From: Minisyncoccia bacterium
Lineage (GTDB): Bacteria; Patescibacteriota; Minisyncoccia; Phycocordibacterales; XYD1-FULL-46-19
Length of the DNA stretch: 48,369 nt
Reading direction: 5' to 3'
NCBI GenBank assembly: GCA_041601795.1
Contig: JBFIHK010000001.1
Span: forward strand, 1-48,369
Position numbers and translations under genes: made by a program. Below the pieces are notes generated by a model, which was given only the letters and a program-made list of their open reading frames with translations, searched no databases and had not been told where the DNA came from. Within the stretch, counting starts at the first letter, position 1. Each line of letters opens with the position of its first letter. Below are positions 43,113 through 48,369 of the stretch, piece after piece.

Positions 43113-44888
43113 TTAGGTGAAGTGTTCAACCAAATCTGTTATTAAATTATCACTTTTATAATAACCAATAGGATTAAATTCCTTAGTTTTGGTATCAAAA
43201 TAAATCAAATTTTCTTTTTTCAAGAAAGCTTTTTCTTCAAACTTTTTCCATTTATCCAAAGTAGCCTCAACCACTTCTTTAAGTTCATTTTTCTTCCACG
43301 AAGTTCCAATCAAAGTATATGTAGCTATCATAGTTACAGCAATGTCACCATATCTTAAACCAAATCCACATTTACCAACAAACCATCCATTAACAGGTTT
43401 TCTAGCTTGTTTTTTTAATAGCTGAACCTCTCGATAAACGAGGTATGAAAGAACATATTTAGAGTAGTTGCTTTTAGTAGTAAGTATCTTAAATATTTCA
43501 TCTGAAAATAGAAAGTCTTCAGATAAATTTTTAGGGTTTTTAATTTTCTCAGGAAAGCCTGAGGCATAGGCCATTTTTATAAATTCATTACGATTAATCA
43601 CGTCCTCTTTCTTAATATACAAATTATTAAGACTGTTTAAAAATTCTCCTTTTTTTCTTTCATAATACAAGTCAAATTCTTCAAATATGTACTTCTGAAG
43701 AGCTGCTTGAGAATCATGATTAGACAATAAATCTCCCTTACTAATTGAGGATTGATTATTAGTAGCTAATGAAACTGGACCAGTAATATTATTGTATTTC
43801 TCAGTATCATTCTGAACAATTACTTTCAATAAGACTTCTTTATCTTTGAAAGGATTTTTTGCAAACTCTTTTTTTAAAAATCTTTTATATATATGACTTA
43901 GTGTAAATGATGTTTGACCACCATTAATGATTTGAGGGTCTTTTATTGTTATCTCACCAGTTCTTTTTTTACCAGTATTTTCTGTATACAAGGATTCTGT
44001 AGAGAGCATAGTAATTCCGTTGTTCAATAAAACAAAATCATTGGTATCCTTCTTGAGAATAGAATCTTCAATCTTTTTGTTAACACCCTTAGCATTCATA
44101 CCCAGATAAGTTCTTGGATTATATTTCAGTATTGAATTCTTATATCTAGTAAGTGCCTTTGCTATTTCTTCAGTAGGAATAAATATCATAAATATTGTAC
44201 ATACCCCATATTCTGTCTTTACTTCATAATTAATCGGTTTTTTATCAGCACTCGATAACAAAATATTGAAACTCAACTTATTTTCATTAAAAAAGTCATC
44301 TCTGATATAAGGAAAAAGTAATTCATCATAAACCTTATAATAATTAAAAACTTTGATATCCCATTCTTTTGGAAAATGAGTAGTGAGTATATATTTTTTT
44401 TGTAATTCAGTGAGATTAGCCACGAGTACAACCACAAATTTATACTCTGAAGGATTTTTTAAATTTCTTAACTTCTTTTGAAACTCAAGAATCTTTTTAT
44501 TATACTGATGCCCATCAAAGCTCTTTTTCTCACCAGTGGTGACTCTTTCTAAATCCATCCTCCATAAATCCTTGTTATCTATGTCAGTTTTTACATAACC
44601 CCTAGCACTGTTTCTGAATTTTGCCTGAATTAAATAAACTAACTTTTCCTCATTATTTATATAGTACGCATCAATACCACCATCATTAGCTCCTTCAGTA
44701 ACCAGATTCTCTCTTTGTTTAAAATCTAAAATACCAAAGTAACTTTTAATAAAAAAATGTATCAGGGCCCTTGACCTCGCACCCTCGATGTCAACCTTAC
44801 CGTTCTCAGGTAGATATAAATCTAAATTAGATTCTGCATTGACTCTTATTTTATCAATGATTTTTACTAAGACGTTATATTTATTCAT
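43113..44888 (-). CDS. AIPR family abortive-infection protein with Mrr-like N-terminal nuclease motif
   Basis: 591 aa. N-terminal GANDGGIDAYY...YLIQAKF (Mrr-cat-like D...QxK) and AIPR core NPRTYLG...VNKKI...LLNNGITM...IINGGQTS. Confidence 0.85.
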   Translation of the reverse strand: MNKYNVLVKIIDKIRVNAESNLDLYLPENGKVDIEGARSRALIHFFIKSYFGILDFKQRENLVTEGANDGGIDAYYINNEEKLVYLIQAKFRNSARGYVKTDIDNKDLWRMDLERVTTGEKKSFDGHQYNKKILEFQKKLRNLKNPSEYKFVVVLVANLTELQKKYILTTHFPKEWDIKVFNYYKVYDELLFPYIRDDFFNENKLSFNILLSSADKKPINYEVKTEYGVCTIFMIFIPTEEIAKALTRYKNSILKYNPRTYLGMNAKGVNKKIEDSILKKDTNDFVLLNNGITMLSTESLYTENTGKKRTGEITIKDPQIINGGQTSFTLSHIYKRFLKKEFAKNPFKDKEVLLKVIVQNDTEKYNNITGPVSLATNNQSSISKGDLLSNHDSQAALQKYIFEEFDLYYERKKGEFLNSLNNLYIKKEDVINRNEFIKMAYASGFPEKIKNPKNLSEDFLFSDEIFKILTTKSNYSKYVLSYLVYREVQLLKKQARKPVNGWFVGKCGFGLRYGDIAVTMIATYTLIGTSWKKNELKEVVEATLDKWKKFEEKAFLKKENLIYFDTKTKEFNPIGYYKSDNLITDLVEHFT

Positions 44889-44962
44889 AATAATGAATCA
44901 TACCAAATAACAGAGTTTTATATAATTGAAGCACCTCGTACTCCGAACCTACCTCACACTAG

Positions 44963-45033
44963 CTGCCGGACTAGGACTCGAACCTAGATTAACTGGACCA
45001 AAACCAGTCGTCCTACCATTAGACGATCCGGCA
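44963..45033 (-). tRNA. tRNA-Gln (anticodon UUG), CCA not encoded
   Basis: Reverse complement TGCCGGATCGTCTAATGGTAGGACGACTGGTTTTGGTCCAGTTAATCTAGGTTCGAGTCCTAGTCCGGCAG. U1:A72 and G73 as in bacterial tRNA-Gln, anticodon loop UUUUGGU, T-loop TTCGAGT. Confidence 0.9.
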
Positions 45034-45101
45034 ATGAAAAAATCGTCAAATTATTTTACTTTTGTATTTTGCTATATTTTAAGACTAAATGCAATTTAAA
45101 A

Positions 45102-45578
45102 TTAAAAGTGGCTAAATTTAACCTTGTCACCTATTTTAATTTGGGCTTTTTTAGCTACCCCACTGTTTACCTCAAGCACATACTCAACTGGCACGAGCGG
45201 TGAATAGAAAACTGGTTCATTGGGGTCAAAAAAATAAGACACATTATGTTCTACCCCTGCCACTTGCCCATCTGTAATCCAAATAATGTCTATGGGAAAA
45301 TTCATGTCTGGCATCCAAAAGCGATGCCGAGCTTTTTCAGGAAAAATAAATAACATACCAGTACCAACTGGCAAAAACTTTCGCCCCGACAAACCTTTAA
45401 CTCTAGCCTGTGGGGTAGTGGCTAGCTCTACTTTAAAACTAGTATTATTAATCGACACCATAGGAACATTTGCCACTTCAACTTCTTTTTGATCAAAAAA
45501 ATAATTTTGAACATACACAAAACCCCCACCAATAATAAAAAAAGTGATAAATATAATAGAAACTGGTTTTAAAGTCAT
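45102..45578 (-). CDS. DUF192 domain protein
   Basis: 158 aa. N-terminal TM, then RVKGLSGRKFLPVGTGMLFIF...FWMPDMNFPIDIIWI. Confidence 0.8.
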   Translation of the reverse strand: MTLKPVSIIFITFFIIGGGFVYVQNYFFDQKEVEVANVPMVSINNTSFKVELATTPQARVKGLSGRKFLPVGTGMLFIFPEKARHRFWMPDMNFPIDIIWITDGQVAGVEHNVSYFFDPNEPVFYSPLVPVEYVLEVNSGVAKKAQIKIGDKVKFSHF

Positions 45579-46627
45579 GAATTATTTTTAACTCCTAATT
45601 TTTGACAAATATTAACCACCCCCAGTTCAAGAGGTAGTTCTGTCATATAAGTGGTTCCAATGGCATCATAAACTTCTAATAATTCTTTTAGAACAGCAGA
45701 AATCTTGTCGGCCGATTTATGACTCGCTAATACTTCTAACTGCTTATAGGTATCAGCTAGGGTGTTTTTTTTAATATCGCTTATCATGTCTGGCGCATAT
45801 TTTATTAACATCACTTGCCTTAAATTATCTAAGACGCGACGCGTAAATATTTTAATATCTCCACTTTGATTAGAAATATTTTTGACAATCGCCAAAGCTT
45901 GACCTGAATCTGCTTCCAATAAAGCAGTTAAAAAACTCAAAACTAAGCTAATTTCAGGTTCACCGGTTACAGCCCTAACATCCAAAATAGTTACTTCGTT
46001 ACTACTTTTAGTACTACTTAAAACTTTCTGCAATACTCCCAAAGTATCGCGAAAAGAACCGGCCCCTAATGTAGCCACCATATTAGCCGCTTCTTTTTCT
46101 ATATTATAACCTTCTTTTTTGGCTATTTTTGTTACCACTTGAACTAAAGTTTCAACTGGAGGTTGGCGAAACAAATGAAGCTGACAGCGAGAGACAACAG
46201 TTTCTGGCACTTTATGCAACTCAGTGGTCGCTAAAATAAAAACTACATGAGCTGGTGGCTCTTCTAAAGTTTTTAATAAAGCATTAAAAGCCGACTTAGA
46301 CAGCATGTGAACCTCATCGATAATGTAAACTTTAATTTTAGATTCAAAAGGTAGGCTCCTGACACCCTCTCTAAGTTCCCTAATATCATCCACCCCGGTG
46401 TTAGAAGCGGCATCTATTTCATATAAATCTTTGGCTGAGCACCCTAGAGCTTCGGCTATAATCCGAGCAATAGAAGTTTTACCTGTACCTCTTGTTCCAC
46501 AAAAAAGATAAGCGTGAGCAAAGTTACCAGCTTTTATTTGTTCCTCTAAAGAACTAACAATATGTTCTTGCCCGACCACTTCTTTAAATTTTGTCGGTCG
46601 GTATTTACGATATAAGACAGTAGACAT
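45575..46627 (-). CDS. dnaX: DNA polymerase III subunit gamma/tau, short form
   Basis: 350 aa. YRPTKFKEVVGQEH, GTRGTGKTS, IIDEVHMLS and SRCQ. Confidence 0.9.
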   Translation of the reverse strand: MSTVLYRKYRPTKFKEVVGQEHIVSSLEEQIKAGNFAHAYLFCGTRGTGKTSIARIIAEALGCSAKDLYEIDAASNTGVDDIRELREGVRSLPFESKIKVYIIDEVHMLSKSAFNALLKTLEEPPAHVVFILATTELHKVPETVVSRCQLHLFRQPPVETLVQVVTKIAKKEGYNIEKEAANMVATLGAGSFRDTLGVLQKVLSSTKSSNEVTILDVRAVTGEPEISLVLSFLTALLEADSGQALAIVKNISNQSGDIKIFTRRVLDNLRQVMLIKYAPDMISDIKKNTLADTYKQLEVLASHKSADKISAVLKELLEVYDAIGTTYMTELPLELGVVNICQKLGVKNNS

Positions 46628-46640
46628 AGATTTTATTATA

Positions 46641-47630
46641 TCAGACTTTGGAAGCAGCCAAAAAGTGACGCACTTTTTGTTCTACCTCGAAAGCGTTTTC
46701 GGCGGTCATTAATTCTGTTCTTAATTCGCTTGCTCCTGGGAAACCTTCTACATAAGCTTTAAAATGTTTTTTCATAATTGCAAAACTTTTTGTATGGCCA
46801 GAAAAAAGTTTTTTATTAGTCTTTGTTGGACCAAATAAATCCCAAAATAAATTGGAGTGCTCAATTAAAACTTCCAACTTTTCTCTCACACTAGGCTTGT
46901 ATTCAGAATAAAGCCACGGGTTACCATAAATACCCCGACCAATCATTACCCCATCTACTCCATAAAGATTAATTTTATTTCTCGCTTCAGTTAAATCTTT
47001 AACATCTCCATTACCTAAAATTAAAGTGTTACTCCCTTGAGCTAATTTAATTGGAATTTTAATTTCCTCCCAATGTGCCGCGACTTTAGACATTTCTTTT
47101 CTAGTGCGCAAATGAAAAGTAATAGCGGCCGGCTCAACTTCAAGTAAATACTTGGTCCAGTTTTCTATGTCGATTTGATTGTACCCAATACGGGTTTTAA
47201 CTGACACCGGTAAACTAGTACCCTCTTTTGCAGCCAAAACTAACTCCTGTGCTAGCTTGGGGTGTTTAATTAAATCTGAGCCACAACCTTGGCGTTCTAT
47301 CCCTCTATCGGGGCAACCCATATTAATATCAATTCCAGCAAAACCTAAAGTCTCCACAAAAGCGGCGGCCTCTTTCATTACTTGTGGCCTAGAAGTAAAA
47401 AGTTGAGCAATAATAGGCTTTTCATTAGCCGTAAAATACAATTCTCGCATAAGCTTTTGCCTGCCTTCTGGGTGCATTAAGCCATCGGCTGATACAAACT
47501 CAGTCATCAATAAATCCGGTTGGCCACACCCCGCAATAATTTGTCTAAAGGCAGCATCAGTCACATCCGCCATCGGTGCTTGAACCATAATGGGCCTTTT
47601 AAATTGAGTCCAAATATTATTTTTAAGCAT
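46641..47630 (-). CDS. dus: tRNA-dihydrouridine synthase
   Basis: 329 aa. VQAPMADVTDAAFR, DINMGCP and TIM-barrel Dus motifs. Confidence 0.9.
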   Translation of the reverse strand: MLKNNIWTQFKRPIMVQAPMADVTDAAFRQIIAGCGQPDLLMTEFVSADGLMHPEGRQKLMRELYFTANEKPIIAQLFTSRPQVMKEAAAFVETLGFAGIDINMGCPDRGIERQGCGSDLIKHPKLAQELVLAAKEGTSLPVSVKTRIGYNQIDIENWTKYLLEVEPAAITFHLRTRKEMSKVAAHWEEIKIPIKLAQGSNTLILGNGDVKDLTEARNKINLYGVDGVMIGRGIYGNPWLYSEYKPSVREKLEVLIEHSNLFWDLFGPTKTNKKLFSGHTKSFAIMKKHFKAYVEGFPGASELRTELMTAENAFEVEQKVRHFLAASKV

Positions 47631-47686
47631 ATTCTTTAGGCTAACTTAAAATAAATAAAATATCTACTTTAAAATTAATTTCTAAC

Positions 47687-47715
47687 TTGACTGAACTCTA
47701 TATAAGTGTTAGATT
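47687..47715 (+). promoter_or_regulatory. candidate promoter of the orphan plus-strand gene
   Basis: TTGACT-N17-TAGATT about 70 nt upstream of the start codon. Confidence 0.3.
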
Positions 47716-47787
47716 ATGGGACGAATAAAAAATCATTTTAGATCTTTAAGCCCATAGGGGTCAAAACAAGCAAAAGGAGAAACTACC

Positions 47788-48165
47788 TTGATGACCATCC
47801 GAACCAACATCATAGCGCCAGACTATCTAGTCTGTCCTGAAGAATCAGAGGTCATGATGACCTTCGACATGAAGAAGTGGAACATGTTCAATAATTTATT
47901 CAGACTGAGCACCTGGAACTATCTGTTTCAATCGGTGATTGTTGAAATAGACGGTAATAAAAATTCCCAGTTTTTGAGAGTTTACCCCCCTGATTTTTAC
48001 CCCCAGGAAGACGACGTATTGATTATTTTCGATTCTTTGTCTGGGTCTATTGTTAAAAAAACAGTCCATCCCAACAGGGATATCCAATCGTGGGACGAAT
48101 TGACTCTTGCTTGCAGGAAGCTACACTCGCATTTTATAACAACAAGTGAGAGATTTCCAAATTAA
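47788..48165 (+). CDS. hypothetical protein, no recognisable family
   Basis: 125 aa. AAGGAG upstream of TTG 47788 / ATG 47791. A strong terminator follows directly. Confidence 0.6.
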   Translation: MMTIRTNIIAPDYLVCPEESEVMMTFDMKKWNMFNNLFRLSTWNYLFQSVIVEIDGNKNSQFLRVYPPDFYPQEDDVLIIFDSLSGSIVKKTVHPNRDIQSWDELTLACRKLHSHFITTSERFPN

Positions 48166-48169
48166 ATAT

Positions 48170-48208
48170 AGCCCCACTCCATCTTCGATGGAGTGGGGCT
48201 ACTTTTTT
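48170..48208 (+). terminator. strong rho-independent terminator
   Basis: 13-bp perfect stem AGCCCCACTCCAT/ATGGAGTGGGGCT, loop CTTCG, then a T-run. Confidence 0.85.
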
Positions 48209-48247
48209 ATTATTTTAAACAATTTTTACACTATCAATTAAAATTTT

Positions 48248-48369
48248 TTAATTATAAAAATAATCAACCAGCGCCCTATAGGTAGCCCGGGCAAGAATAG
48301 GTAAACTTTTTTGACGTCTATCCGCCAAATAATATTGTGGTTCATAAATATATCCATATTCAACTAAAA
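48248..48369 (-). CDS. C-terminal 40 codons of a gene entering from beyond the window end (possibly a cell-wall amidase-type C-terminus; weak)
   Basis: Frame open from 48369 to the stop at 48248-48250: LVEYGYIYEPQYYLADRRQKSLPILARATYRALVDYFYN. Confidence 0.3.
   Translation of the reverse strand, partial: LVEYGYIYEPQYYLADRRQKSLPILARATYRALVDYFYN

Larger units (their letters stand above)
38715..44962. other. putative defence island abutting the 3' end of tRNA-Gln
   Basis: Contiguous OLD-like, MutH-fold nuclease, C5-MTase and AIPR genes plus gene remnants. One 100-nt spot count in the OLD-like gene gave 28% GC. Housekeeping genes lie on both flanks. Confidence 0.6.

Noticed and set aside
44889-44962. 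Looked for an integrase gene or att core between the AIPR start and the tRNA-Gln 3' end.
   Set aside because: The region is only 74 nt and has no ORF. No repeat of it was found at the other island end by eye.
1872-47406. Antisense or nested ORFs in the track: 1872-2117, 3045-3266, 7545-7751, 7567-7785, 9243-9539, 16899-17174, 18634-18907, 19761-20045, 22036-22565, 23601-24116, 28767-28976, 31795-32514, 33118-33666, 35427-35729, 36675-36881, 38454-38678, 41913-42095, 42734-42964, 45286-45492, 47179-47406 and 47896-48087.
   Set aside because: Each lies inside a longer ORF with clear family motifs on the other strand or frame. They have low-complexity translations and no SD, so they are shadow ORFs.
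1-48369. Looked for CRISPR arrays, rRNA, IS elements or terminal inverted repeats, and long tandem repeats.
   Set aside because: I saw no regularly spaced direct repeats, no rRNA-like conserved stretches and no transposase or integrase ORF. This was visual inspection only, so short or degenerate arrays could be missed.

Overview
48.4-kb window from a low-GC, tightly packed bacterial chromosome. Shortened repair and replication proteins and the gene content fit a small-genome lineage such as Patescibacteria/CPR, but that placement is inference. I support about 50 protein genes (mostly minus strand) and 2 tRNAs (Ala-UGC, Gln-UUG). I saw no rRNA, no CRISPR array and no intact integrase or transposase. 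The left 35 kb is housekeeping. It holds ddl and murF flanking a two-component system, then a contiguous uvrB-orf-lexA-uvrA-uvrC block. After that come tgt, tspO, a helicase/protease/Cas4-like nuclease operon and an AI-2E permease. Stress-type small proteins (YtxH, DUF948, YceI, DUF378), an RND pump with adaptor, typA, ndh, an MscS channel and a DEAD-box helicase follow. From 35 to 38.7 kb there is a block of exported cell-wall-type hydrolases: two tandem M14 paralogs (one apparently catalytically dead), an HExxH protein and a GH18-like protein. The best candidate for something new is 38.7-45.0 kb, an AT-richer block abutting the 3' end of tRNA-Gln. It holds an OLD-like ATPase-Toprim protein, decayed gene remnants, and a MutH-sized (single-domain) MutH/Sau3AI-fold nuclease. 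That nuclease is divergently paired with a C5-cytosine methyltransferase. An AIPR abortive-infection protein with an Mrr-like N-terminus converges on the methyltransferase with only 3 nt between the stop codons. The right end returns to housekeeping (DUF192, dnaX, dus) plus one compositionally odd orphan cassette. All family calls come from motifs read by eye in the translations; no searches were run.
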